Positions 42,045 to 53,000 of a stretch of 64,000 nucleotides of DNA are shown one piece after another. Position numbers and translations under genes: made by a program. The stretch's first letter is position 1, and each line of letters starts with the position of its first letter. Source of the DNA: a virus. Below the pieces are notes generated by a model, which was not told the origin of the DNA, made no database searches, and saw only the letters and a program-made list of their open reading frames with translations. Location: positions 8,497 through 72,496 of IMG/VR virus record IMGVR_UViG_3300032323_002950; one strand, written 5' to 3'.

Positions 42045-45000
42045 ATGGCAAGTGCAAACAAAGTATTCGTCTCTCCCGGAGTATATACTTCGGAGCGTGA
42101 CTTATCATTCGTTTCACAAAGTGTTGGTGTAACAACCTTAGGTCTTGTTGGGGAAACTCTTAAAGGTCCTGCGTTCGAACCAATTTTTGTGACAAGTTAC
42201 GATGAGTTCACATCTTATTTTGGTGGTACAAATCCTGAAAAATTTGTAAACACCCAAATACCAAAATATGAATCGGCATATATTGCAAAATCATATTTAC
42301 AACAATCAAATCAATTATTTGTAACTAGGGTATTAGGATTGTCTGGTTATGATGCGGGTCCTTCTTGGTCTGTAACTTCTGTGGCTAACGTTGACTGCTC
42401 AACAATTGGGTTAGATAGTTCGTCTTCTTGGTCTACTTGGGCATCATTATCCATTAGGTTTGTACCTTTAGCATTAGGGGGAACTGTAAATGATGTTGAA
42501 ATTGACTATGAAAATGAATTAGAAGCAAATGTTCCATACATTTATCAAAAATGGACAACTCCGTTTACAAAATATGATGGAACAACGTCAACCTATGAAA
42601 GTTCATTACAAAATTTTTTATGGACAAACATTCTTTCACAAATGACTACAACCACACCACCATCATTTATTAACAATAATGTCATTTATTTTGGGGCAAT
42701 ACCTAGTTCACAATATTCCACTTATTCGGCTTACACTTCACAAACAAATGTGTTTGGAGTTAATACATTAAATGCTAACACAATTAATTATTGTGATGGA
42801 TTAAATGATAGTTGGTTTTATTCATCATTCACTCCTGTACCGGGAACAGATAACTATTCCGGGTTTTCATTTATAGTCACTCATAATTCAGGTAATTATA
42901 CAAATAATGGAGCAAATTATTCAAGAGGGGCAGCGTGTACCATTGGGTATCAATACTTTACAGGTATTACATATACTGAATATCACAACTTAGTACTGGC
43001 AACTTTAAGGTCAAGAGGTATTACAAATTATAGTTCATCTCAACATGGTCCTAAATATCAAGTTACAGGAACATCTAATGTTTCATTAACTGTTACAGGG
43101 ACGTACAGTGCGGCAACAACAAATCCATACTCAACATTCTTAATTAGCGGAACTCAGTATGATTCTTCGGCATTTAGTTTTGAGGCATCATTTGAATCTG
43201 CAAATGCTAATTACATTAACAAAGTATTTGGTCAAGATAATTTTGAAAAAGATAGAACTGTTGTTCCATTGTTTGTTGAAGAATCTTATGACACATTATT
43301 AACTTGGGGTTATAATAAAGGTTATATTAGAGGTTTAAATACTACTCTAACTGATTTAGATTCTGCCGAAAGCCAGTCAGCAACATCATTAGGTAACTAT
43401 TTAGAAAGATACCAAACACCAACAACACCTTATGTTGTTTCAGAATTAAGAGGTACAAAAGTTTACAACCTATTTAGATTCATTTCAATTTCTGACGGAA
43501 CTGCGGCTAATACTGAAATTAAAGTATCAATTCAAAACATGTCTTTTAATAACTTAACTTTTGACGTAGTTGTTAGAGACTTTTTTGATACAGATGCTAA
43601 CCCTGTTGTTTTAGAAAAGTTTACTAACTGTACAATGAATCCTGATTTGAATAGTTATATTGCTAAAAGAATCGGAACATCTGACGGAGATTTCGCAATT
43701 AATTCTCGTTATGTAATGATGGAGATGAATTACGAAGCGCCATACGATTCACTTCCTTGTGGATTTAATGGTTATGTTACAAGAACTTACGATACAACAA
43801 CTGCAAACATTCACCCACCATTCCCTGTTTATAAGACAAGTTATGAATATCCTGGTGAAGTAATTTGGAACCCTCCATTTGGAACAAGTGTTGGTGTTGA
43901 TAATAAAGTAATATCAACTGGTGATAATGTAAGAAGAACTTATTTAGGTTTCTCTACAAAACTTGGTTACGATAGTGATTTCTTACAATATAAAGGAAAG
44001 CAAAATTTAATTACAGGTTTTGATAGTTGTACATTAGATGAGGCAGATTTTAGTTCTTGGAATTATTTAACAAAAGGTTTCCACATGGACTCAGGGGCCA
44101 CTGTTATTAATATTGCAAGTAATTACTTAACAAGTGGTGAAACAGCGTTTGATGTAGGAGCTGGTTCATTTACTTCTGAACCAACTTTAAAAACTGAAAC
44201 ATATTACTACTTATATTCTCGTAAGTTTAGTATGGCGTTTTATGGTGGTTTTGATGGATGGGACATTTATAGAGAGTACAGAACAAATAATGATGATTTC
44301 ACATTAGGTGGAACTGGTTATTTAGCAGGTGCAGCACCTTGTACACCATATGCAAATGCGACAGGTTGGGGTTCGTTTAGAAGAATTACAGTTGACCAAA
44401 ACGCAACAGATTGGGCAAATACTGACTACTACGCATATTTGTTAGGTATTCAAACATTCTCAAATCCTGAGGTTACAAACATTAACGTGTTGGTTACACC
44501 TGGTATTGATTATGTTAATAACTACGAATTAGTTAACTCAACAATCAATATGATTGAATTTGATAGAGCGGACTCTATCTACATTACAACTACTCCTGAC
44601 TTTGATTTGTTACAAAATTCAACAGTAATTTCTGATAACTTAATCTTACCTGAGGAAGCGGTTGTTAATTTAGAAGATTCGGCAATCGACTCTAACTATA
44701 CTGCAACTTACTATCCTTGGGTATTAACAAGAGACACTGTTAATAATACTCAACTTTACATTCCACCAACTGCTGAGGTTACAAGAAACTTAGCATTAAC
44801 TGACAACGTTGCATTCCCATGGTTCGCAACTGCTGGTTACACTCGTGGTATTGTAAACGCGGTTAGAGCTCGTAAGAGATTAACACAAGAAGATAGAGAC
44901 ATTCTTTACAAAGGAAGAATTAACCCAATCGCAACATTTAACGATGTTGGAACAGTTATTTGGGGTAATAAGACCTTACAAATTAGAGAGTCTGCGTTAG

Positions 45001-45311
45001 ACAGAATTAATGTTAGAAGATTGTTATTACAAGCTCGTAAGTTAATTTCAGCGGTTGCAATTAGATTATTATTCGAACAAAACGATAGTTTGGTAAGACA
45101 ACAGTTCTTGGATTCAGTTAATCCTATCTTAGATGCAATCCGTAGAGATAGAGGTTTATATGACTTCCGTGTAACGGTATCTAACACACCAGAAGACTTA
45201 GATGCTAACCAATTAGTAGGTAAGATTTACATCAAACCAACAAAAGCGTTAGAATTTATTGACATCGAGTTCTTAATCACTCCAACAGGAGCGTCTTTTG
45301 AGAACATATAA
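42045..45311 (+). CDS. Contractile tail sheath protein
   Basis: VSPGVYTSERD, GETLKGPAFEP, YYPW, PWFATAGYTRG, INPI, WGNKT, RINVRRL, KPTKALEFIDIEF. Confidence 0.95.
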   Translation: MASANKVFVSPGVYTSERDLSFVSQSVGVTTLGLVGETLKGPAFEPIFVTSYDEFTSYFGGTNPEKFVNTQIPKYESAYIAKSYLQQSNQLFVTRVLGLSGYDAGPSWSVTSVANVDCSTIGLDSSSSWSTWASLSIRFVPLALGGTVNDVEIDYENELEANVPYIYQKWTTPFTKYDGTTSTYESSLQNFLWTNILSQMTTTTPPSFINNNVIYFGAIPSSQYSTYSAYTSQTNVFGVNTLNANTINYCDGLNDSWFYSSFTPVPGTDNYSGFSFIVTHNSGNYTNNGANYSRGAACTIGYQYFTGITYTEYHNLVLATLRSRGITNYSSSQHGPKYQVTGTSNVSLTVTGTYSAATTNPYSTFLISGTQYDSSAFSFEASFESANANYINKVFGQDNFEKDRTVVPLFVEESYDTLLTWGYNKGYIRGLNTTLTDLDSAESQSATSLGNYLERYQTPTTPYVVSELRGTKVYNLFRFISISDGTAANTEIKVSIQNMSFNNLTFDVVVRDFFDTDANPVVLEKFTNCTMNPDLNSYIAKRIGTSDGDFAINSRYVMMEMNYEAPYDSLPCGFNGYVTRTYDTTTANIHPPFPVYKTSYEYPGEVIWNPPFGTSVGVDNKVISTGDNVRRTYLGFSTKLGYDSDFLQYKGKQNLITGFDSCTLDEADFSSWNYLTKGFHMDSGATVINIASNYLTSGETAFDVGAGSFTSEPTLKTETYYYLYSRKFSMAFYGGFDGWDIYREYRTNNDDFTLGGTGYLAGAAPCTPYANATGWGSFRRITVDQNATDWANTDYYAYLLGIQTFSNPEVTNINVLVTPGIDYVNNYELVNSTINMIEFDRADSIYITTTPDFDLLQNSTVISDNLILPEEAVVNLEDSAIDSNYTATYYPWVLTRDTVNNTQLYIPPTAEVTRNLALTDNVAFPWFATAGYTRGIVNAVRARKRLTQEDRDILYKGRINPIATFNDVGTVIWGNKTLQIRESALDRINVRRLLLQARKLISAVAIRLLFEQNDSLVRQQFLDSVNPILDAIRRDRGLYDFRVTVSNTPEDLDANQLVGKIYIKPTKALEFIDIEFLITPTGASFENI

Positions 45312-45327
45312 TAATACAAACTTTATT

Positions 45328-45357
45328 AAAACCCTCACAGAGATGTGGGGGTTTTTT
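45328..45357 (+). terminator. Rho-independent terminator after the sheath gene
   Basis: AAAACCCTCACA-GAGA-TGTGGGGGTTTTTT (GNRA loop, U tail). Confidence 0.85.
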
Positions 45358-45379
45358 ATTTTACATAGTATTTATTAAT

Positions 45380-46213
45380 ATGAATTTAGTAATAGTAGAA
45401 GGTTTTGGTGATTTGGAAAAACTCACACCCGACATGAAATATTATGCGTTTGATTGGGATGATAATTTAATGTATATGCCAACAAAGATTATTTTAAAAG
45501 ACTCTAACGGTAACGAAGTAGGGATGGGTACTGAGGAATTTGCTGAACATAGAACCCAAATTGGTAAGGAACCTTTTGATTATAAAGGTAAAAATATTGT
45601 TGGGTTTGCTGAAAATCCTTTTAGAAATTTTAGAGTTGAGGGTGATAATAGATTTTTAATGGATTCTATGATTGCAAAACCAGGTCCTGCTTGGCAAGAT
45701 TTTGTAGAATGTGTCAATGGAGGGTCGGTATTTTCAATTGTGACAGCAAGAGGACATAACCCTAAGACATTGGCACTTGCGGTTAGAAAATTAATCGAAG
45801 GGAACATTAATGGACTTTCAAAGAAAGAACTTGTTTGGAATTTAAGAAAATATAATAAAATTGCTCAACAAAACCCAGATGTGTCTGATGACAGATTGGT
45901 TGATTTTTATGTTTTCAAATTATGTAAATATTATCCTGTGACTTTCGGAGAAGGTTCAGCTGCCAACCCTGAGGAATTAAAAGTGAAAGCTGCGAAAGAA
46001 TTCCAAGATTACGTAAAAAGTATATCCCAAAAAATTGGAGGGTCTCCCTACTTTAAAGATGACATTTCTAACCGATTTGTACCTAAGATAGGTTTTTCTG
46101 ATGATGATTTAAGAAATTTAGAAAAACTAGATACTGAATTAACAAAAGACCCAGAAAATATTTACCAGTTATATTCAACACATGGAGGAGAAAAGAAACC
46201 ATATAAAAATTAA
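45380..46213 (+). CDS. HAD-superfamily phosphatase-like protein
   Basis: AFDWDDNL (motif I), IVTARG (II), K, GFSDDD (IV). Confidence 0.7.
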   Translation: MNLVIVEGFGDLEKLTPDMKYYAFDWDDNLMYMPTKIILKDSNGNEVGMGTEEFAEHRTQIGKEPFDYKGKNIVGFAENPFRNFRVEGDNRFLMDSMIAKPGPAWQDFVECVNGGSVFSIVTARGHNPKTLALAVRKLIEGNINGLSKKELVWNLRKYNKIAQQNPDVSDDRLVDFYVFKLCKYYPVTFGEGSAANPEELKVKAAKEFQDYVKSISQKIGGSPYFKDDISNRFVPKIGFSDDDLRNLEKLDTELTKDPENIYQLYSTHGGEKKPYKN

Positions 46214-46293
46214 CATTTAAATAATTAAACTGGTCTTATGCAAAGATGACCTGAAAAAAAATCAAAGTAAATAGAAAATTTTTTTTTGGGTGA

Positions 46294-46305
46294 TATTTAT
46301 AAATA
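46294..46305 (+). promoter_or_regulatory. Late-promoter motif before the tail tube gene (palindromic TATTTATAAATA)
   Basis: Same TATTTAT motif seen upstream of other structural genes. Confidence 0.6.
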
Positions 46306-46333
46306 AAATAAAAAGAAATTAAAAAAATAGACA

Positions 46334-46825
46334 ATGGCTGATTTACTAATGCAAATGCCGGTACCTTACGAACCCAAAAGGCAGAACCGATTTATAATGA
46401 GATGGGTTGACACATCGTTGGGTATTAATGAATGGTACGTAGAGTCAACGTCACGTCCAAAGATAACAATTAAATCAACAGAAATTCCATTTTTGAATAC
46501 CAAGACTTATGTTGCGGGACAATTTGAATGGGGTGAAATTAACGTTACATTCCGTGACCCAATCGGTCCGTCAGCAGCTCAAGCTCTTATGGAGTGGGTT
46601 CGTTTACATGCGGAGTCTGTTACAGGTCGTATGGGATACGCTGCGGGTTATAAGAAAGACATTAACTTAGAAATGTTAGACCCAACAGGTGTTGTAATCG
46701 AAAAGTGGTTATTACAGAATTGTTTCTTAACAAACGTAGATTTCCAATCTTTGGATTACGGACAAGATGGTTTGGCTAAAATCCAAGCAACACTTCGTCC
46801 TGACAGATGTATTTTATTATTCTAA
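46334..46825 (+). CDS. Tail tube protein (gp19-like)
   Basis: YEPKRQNRF, YVAGQFEWGEINVTFRD, WVRL, YKKDINLEMLDPTG, EKWLLQNCF. Confidence 0.88.
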   Translation: MADLLMQMPVPYEPKRQNRFIMRWVDTSLGINEWYVESTSRPKITIKSTEIPFLNTKTYVAGQFEWGEINVTFRDPIGPSAAQALMEWVRLHAESVTGRMGYAAGYKKDINLEMLDPTGVVIEKWLLQNCFLTNVDFQSLDYGQDGLAKIQATLRPDRCILLF

Positions 46826-46846
46826 TATAATTGAATTACTATTTAC

Positions 46847-46872
46847 AAATCCACACAATGTGTGGATTTTTT
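46847..46872 (+). terminator. Rho-independent terminator after the tail tube gene
   Basis: AAATCCACAC-AAT-GTGTGGATTT followed by TTT. Confidence 0.8.
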
Positions 46873-46888
46873 ATTTAAAAAAGTTTTT

Positions 46889-47641
46889 ATGGAAAACAAT
46901 CAGTATAGTCAAGAAGGTTTTAACTTGCCACACGATGTAATTGTGTTACCTAGCGGTGGAAAATATTATAAGACAAAAAAGAAATCAGTTAAAGTTGGTT
47001 ATTTAACCGCGTCTGATGAAAACATCTTAATTAACGCAACCAAAAATGGTGGTGAGGGTTTAATTACCCAATTAGTTAGGAATAAATTATATGAACCTGA
47101 TTTGAAACCCGAAGATTTATTAGAGGGTGATTTAGAGACTATTCTTATCTTTTTAAGAAATTCATCATTTGGTCCTGAATATATTTTTAATGTTGTTGAC
47201 CCTGAAACAGGTAAACAATTTGAGTCAACAATTTTGTTACAAGAATTAAATTTTATTAAACCTGAGGTTGAACCTGATGAAAATGGGTGTTTTTTAACAA
47301 CATTACCAAAATCGGGAGCTCAAGTGAAATTGAAACCATTAACTTATGGTGAAACATTAGAACTAGCTAAAATGGTGGACAACTACCCAAAAGGATTAGT
47401 CCCACCGGCGATTACTTGGAGATTACAAAAACAAATAGTTGAATTAAATGGGAGTAGAGAATTGGGTACTATTAGTAAATTTCTAGACCAAATGCCAATT
47501 ATGGATTCAAAGTATATTAGAAATTTTATAGATAAAAACGAACCAAGAATTGATTTAAATAGAGAAATTATAGCCCCATCCGGAAAAAAGGTACTCACAC
47601 GTATTACCTTTGGGGCGGAGTTTTTTCGCCCTTTCTTCTGA
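46889..47641 (+). CDS. Tail/baseplate assembly chaperone (T4 gp26-like)
   Basis: LPSGGKYY, YLTASDENIL, GDLETILIFLR, FGAEFF. Start revised to ATG 46889 because the track's start lies inside the terminator. Confidence 0.7.
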   Translation: MENNQYSQEGFNLPHDVIVLPSGGKYYKTKKKSVKVGYLTASDENILINATKNGGEGLITQLVRNKLYEPDLKPEDLLEGDLETILIFLRNSSFGPEYIFNVVDPETGKQFESTILLQELNFIKPEVEPDENGCFLTTLPKSGAQVKLKPLTYGETLELAKMVDNYPKGLVPPAITWRLQKQIVELNGSRELGTISKFLDQMPIMDSKYIRNFIDKNEPRIDLNREIIAPSGKKVLTRITFGAEFFRPFF

Positions 47642-47783
47642 TTACACCGTTTATTTATTAGACCAATACATTTTATTGTCTAAGTATTTACATACATCTT
47701 ACTCTGATTTTATTTCTATGCCTATTTATCAAAGACGATATCTTGTTGATAAAGTCATAGAAATTAATACGCCGAAAAAATGA
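47625..47783 (+). CDS. gp51-like / lambda-T-like C-terminal extension, probably expressed by +1 frameshift
   Basis: Open +1 frame FALSSDYTVYLLDQYILLSKYLHTSYSDFISMPIYQRRYLVDKVIEINTPKK; its stop overlaps the tape-measure ATG. Confidence 0.65.
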   Translation, partial: FALSSDYTVYLLDQYILLSKYLHTSYSDFISMPIYQRRYLVDKVIEINTPKK

Positions 47784-50038
47784 TGATGTTTCAAGGAACA
47801 AATACAGCTGATTCAGATGAAACCACAAGATTAAAAGCCTTGTTAAATCCAGCTGCGATAGCTAAACAAATTGCCACAGACACTGCTGAAATTTTTACAT
47901 CAATACCTGACACGTTAGTAACTATTGACCAACAATTTAATTCCATAATGCAAAATATGGGTGTTGGTAGAGGTTATTCTGAGGCAATAAAGGATAATTT
48001 ATCTAAGGGTGCGTATGCGGTATTAAAACTTGGAGGTGATATTAAAGCGGCAACTACTTTACAAAACGACGTCGTTGACGCATTTGGTAAAAATATAGTA
48101 TTAAGTGAGGATATGTACGCTAAGTTGTACGCCTCTGCAAAAGTTTCGGGAGTTGCTTCAAAAGAACTAATGGAAGGTTTTGAAAACGCTGGTATGTCTA
48201 TGAGTCACATTACCGAAGAAATGTACAAGACAACCAAAATTGCTAGAGATTTGGGACTTTCATCACAAGCGGTAAGTAAGGCGGTCGTTGCTAATTTAGA
48301 ACAGTTAAATAGATTTAATTTTGGTAATGGTGTTGAAGGTTTGGCAAAAATGGCTGCAAAGGCATCTATGTTAAGAATTGACATGAAACAAACTTTGGAT
48401 TTTGCTGATAAAATGTTAAATCCTGAGGATGCAATCAATATGTCTGCCGCGTTACAAAGACTAGGAAATGTTTCATCAGATTTGATTGACCCATTAAAAT
48501 TAATGGATTTGGCTCAAAACAACGTACCTGAATTACAAAACCAATTAAGTGGATTGTTTAAACAATATACTTTCTTTAATGAGGAAACACAAGCTTTTGA
48601 ATTTTTTCCTGACTCTAAATTAAAATTAAGAGAATTACAAAAAGAATTAGGTATACCTATGGCTGAGATAGAAAAAATGGCATTAGGTACTGCTAATTTA
48701 GATAAAAAACTTGCGGATATTGATTTTAGTGGATTAAATATTACAGAAGATACTCAAACTGCAATTGCAAATCTTGCGACACTCGATAAAAATACTGGTG
48801 AATATGTTATTACCACAAAAGACGGTAATTTACAAAATGTAAATGATTTGTTAAAATCCTACGAAGGTAGAGAAGAAGATTTGAAAAATTTTATTACTGG
48901 AATGGAAGAAGAGGCTGGTAAAACTTATGAGGAAAAAATGTTTGACATTACAAAAGAACAGTTAGGGTTAACAGGTGAGATGAATGCTAATTTAAATGCG
49001 ATGACCAAATCTCTTGGGTTACAAATTGCTTCTACTAAACAAGGAAGTAAAGCTTTAGAAAATGCGGTTGGTACGGTTAATGTTTACTCTGAAGCCCAAA
49101 ATGCTTTATATAGACCCGAAGTTAAGGGTGGATATAAAGGAACAAAAAATCAATATGAAGCTGGAACATTTTCAAACATTGATAAATATTTTGACAAAAA
49201 GGGTAATTTAGACACTGTTGCATTAACTACTGATGCATTAACCCAACTTGGTATTGCGGCAACAGATTTGGTAAATACTTATAAAAATGCTGGTATGGGA
49301 ATGGCAAAAGTTACCACAGCGATTACTGGGGTTGATTTTGTAGAGTTACTTAATAATGCATTTACTGTAAAAGATGCGGTGTATTTTCCTGAACAAAACC
49401 AAGTTATTAATAAAGATAAAAATGATTTAGTTGTTTTTGCTCAAAAAGAAAATATAAATGTTGGAGAAAAACCAGAAACTACACAGAATATAGAAATACC
49501 TGATATTAGTGACAGTCTTATTTCTGCTTTACAAAATATTAAGATTGAAAATAATATCCCCCCAATTGATTTAACAAAATTAATGGATTTTGCAAAATCT
49601 AATATTTCTAATGAGACAATTAATAATTTTACTAACAAAATATCAAATCAAAATTTAAATAATGAAGTTGTTCAGTTAACTCAAATTGCTAGCAAAGATT
49701 TGGGAATTAATTTACAAGATTTAACAAAATCATTATCTTCAATCATTCAAAAACCGATTGAAACTCCAAAACCAAAAGAAACTGTCAATGAGGTTGTTAA
49801 TCAACCAAAAGAACCTCAAAATACCGCACCAAAAGAAACAAAAATTGACCATAATATTACTATAACGTTTAAAGCCGAAGGTAATAACGAGTCATTAAGA
49901 ATGGTAGCTAATAAATTCCAAAATGATGATGTGTTTAAAAGTAAGATTATTCAAAGTTTAGACATTAAGAAAAGTAACTATCAAGTAGATTCTGATAATC
50001 CATATCAGAACTATATACAACAAATTTCAATTGCCTAA
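47780..50038 (+). CDS. Tape measure protein (putative)
   Basis: Helical Ala/Leu/Gln-rich sequence; follows the tube and chaperone genes. Confidence 0.7.
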   Translation: MMMFQGTNTADSDETTRLKALLNPAAIAKQIATDTAEIFTSIPDTLVTIDQQFNSIMQNMGVGRGYSEAIKDNLSKGAYAVLKLGGDIKAATTLQNDVVDAFGKNIVLSEDMYAKLYASAKVSGVASKELMEGFENAGMSMSHITEEMYKTTKIARDLGLSSQAVSKAVVANLEQLNRFNFGNGVEGLAKMAAKASMLRIDMKQTLDFADKMLNPEDAINMSAALQRLGNVSSDLIDPLKLMDLAQNNVPELQNQLSGLFKQYTFFNEETQAFEFFPDSKLKLRELQKELGIPMAEIEKMALGTANLDKKLADIDFSGLNITEDTQTAIANLATLDKNTGEYVITTKDGNLQNVNDLLKSYEGREEDLKNFITGMEEEAGKTYEEKMFDITKEQLGLTGEMNANLNAMTKSLGLQIASTKQGSKALENAVGTVNVYSEAQNALYRPEVKGGYKGTKNQYEAGTFSNIDKYFDKKGNLDTVALTTDALTQLGIAATDLVNTYKNAGMGMAKVTTAITGVDFVELLNNAFTVKDAVYFPEQNQVINKDKNDLVVFAQKENINVGEKPETTQNIEIPDISDSLISALQNIKIENNIPPIDLTKLMDFAKSNISNETINNFTNKISNQNLNNEVVQLTQIASKDLGINLQDLTKSLSSIIQKPIETPKPKETVNEVVNQPKEPQNTAPKETKIDHNITITFKAEGNNESLRMVANKFQNDDVFKSKIIQSLDIKKSNYQVDSDNPYQNYIQQISIA

Positions 50039-50073
50039 AATTTATTTGTTTCTATTTATTAGAAAAGGTATAA

Positions 50074-53000
50074 ATGGAGAAAAACCTATTAACATTTAAA
50101 GGGTCAGAACAATTTAGGAAGGGTTTACTTGCTAGAAATTTACAATCATATCAGTTGACTGGATATTTTACGTCAAATAGTGAAAATGTTGACACAGAGA
50201 CCGTAATTAATTTCCAAAACACAACGGTAACCGACTCTCCAAACATTAGTGAAACTGTTGATGGGAATAATAACCAAAATGTTATTAATAATACAAAATT
50301 AAATCCATACGGACCTGGTGGGACTGAAGACATTATAGATGTTGCTGATATAATAAATTACCCCAACCAAAATTCAAATTCATCTGTTTCATTAAATGAT
50401 GGCTCAACTTTTAGTTTAAATAACAACCAACCATATTGGCCGTTAACAGAAACCAAGATGGATATTGTTAACGAAATAAGTATCGATACAATAGGTGTTT
50501 TAAACAGTTACGTTTCGTCAGATAACTACAATAGTTTATATTTTGTTAGTGATACTCCATTAATTTCAAATAAAAGCACCAAAGGTGAGTACCCAAATTT
50601 TGTTGAGGGACAAGTCACATTAAATAAAGTTTTAGAAAAATCTGCGGATAATCCCGATGACTCTTATTTGGCTCAAATATCTACGACATTTTTGGATTTC
50701 CAAATTAGGGCTAACATTGATAGACAAATCTATGGAAACACATTAGGCAGAGCTAATTTCCAAGCTTTAACTAATCCATTTTCAATTGCTGAACTTGCAA
50801 CAGGGCAAGAAACCCTAATTCAAAAAAATTGGGTAATTACTGTTCCTGATGGGGTATTTGACCAAGCAAAATACTTAACTCAACAGATGACGGGTAGTAT
50901 GTTACCGACATCACCAATTGAAGGGAGTTATTTTAATGAGCCTGATAATAAAAACGCAACTGCTAGACAATTATTAGATACTGCATTTGCAGGGGCTTAT
51001 AAACCTGCCGACCCTAATAACAACCCGTCTAAGAAATTTTTGAATAATACAGGTAGTGGTCAAAAATCAGTATTATTTAAAAGTTTAAACTACAATACTT
51101 TTAAACCTGACTACGACACAACAAGAACTCAGGCAGGTTTGTTCTTTAACGCTCTTTTTAATATTAATAGACCTTCATTAGTAAATTATTATGTTGGAAG
51201 TGATGTCACAGACCCAAGTAAGGTTAATTCACCTGTTGATGACTCACCTGTTAATTATTTGGGACAACAAACCAGTTCTGTGGTTTATGGGCCGACTAAC
51301 ATGGCAAAAGTGTATGAAGGGACGGTATATCAAAACTATCAATTTGGATTGGGTGAAAAACCGTATGACCAAAGACCTTCTGATGATGGAGGATTTATTT
51401 GGGCATCTACCGACACTATAAACAATGCTGGTAAAAAAGTTGGTGAGGGTGGAGAAGCAAGTTATGGTGACTTTGATAATTTTATAGGTAATGGAATTAA
51501 CTCTTACTATTTAAATGCAGTTTCTATTGATAAAGGAGGGTTTACACCCGGTTCAATATTGGACGAAACACAAAGATTGATTAATTCAACACCACAAGGT
51601 AAAAAGAGGTTACAACATGCGGGAAACGCTATTAATCAAATCTCAAAAGTTTTTAATGACGGATATAAAGAAATTACCAAAGGTTCGAAAGTTAAGAAAT
51701 ATGTCAATAAAGCAGGTGTTGAGGTTGGACAAGAATATGGAAGGTTATTTGCAAAAGATAACCCATATTATACTTATGGTAACTTACAACAGACTGTATC
51801 AAGTGATAGCGGTAGTGCAATAAATGGAAATATCCGTAAATCTTCATATTCAGTATTAGACTCAACATATAACTTAAACATTGCTCCGTTAGCTGGAAAC
51901 GGCTCAACAAATGTAACAAAAGAAGGTTCTGTTAAGAAATATATGTTCTCAATTGAAAATTTGGCTTGGAGAGGTACTCCGGATTGGAGTGATTTACCTG
52001 CGTGTGAAAAAGGTCCAAACGGAGGTCGAGTTATGTGGTTCCCACCATATGATTTGTCATTTGCAGATACTACAAGTCCACAATTTGACTCGACAAATTT
52101 CTTAGGTAGACCTGAACCTGTTTACACATATAGTAACACAAAAAGAACAGGAACTTTAAGTTGGTCAATTATTGTTGACCATCCTTCGGTTTTGAATTTA
52201 ATAGTTGATAAGGAATTATCTAAGGCTGATTCACAAACTGTGAATGGTGTTGTTGCATCATTTTTTGCTGGATGTAAAAGATATGATTTATATGAACTTG
52301 CCTCAAAATTTAACACATTATCCTTTACTGACTTAACGGCATTATACCAAGAAGTATTGGGAAGTACTCAAACATCGTTAGAGGAAAAAGAAAGTGCTGC
52401 TCAGGGATTGACACCAACAACAAACAATAGTCAAAATAATAGTGATGTAATAACAATACAATCTGATTATAAAAATAAAGGATTTTATTTTGATAATAAT
52501 CCTAATCCTGAAAGTTTTTATGAGCAATATGTCTCATACACGTCAGAGGATGTTAAAACATTATATTTTAGTTCTAATCCTCAGTACTCTGCGGAAACTA
52601 ACACTTTTTTTACTGATGTTATTCAGTCCGATTATTCAAAATTAGATACTTTTGCAAATGAAATTAAAACAATCATAAACGAAAAAAAAGGTAAAGTTAC
52701 CATAGAATTACAAGGTTCTAAATTTTCAAACACTACAAATTATGACACAATTAATAATACTATGCTCGATAGTGTTATTAATTACTTTAAAGAAACAATT
52801 TATTTGGGAGGTACTGTATTTGAGGACGGGACAATAACTATAAAATTATCGACATCAGTATTGGATAATGTTGTATTATCCAATAATGTTGATTTTAGTT
52901 GTACTGAGGTTCTAACACCCCCAAATGATGTGTATTCACCAAACGCAATGGCGTGTAGAGCTTTGAGGGTTAAAAACGTAACAGTGACACCATTTCCTAA

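Noticed and set aside
46228-46256. Weak GGTC...GACC hairpin between the HAD and tube genes
   Set aside because: The stem is too short and imperfect to support an ncRNA or terminator call.
46862-46888. ORF-track start of the chaperone gene at 46862
   Set aside because: It lies within the terminator hairpin; ATG 46889 is more plausible. The track starts at 23125, 28774 and 29142 were revised likewise.
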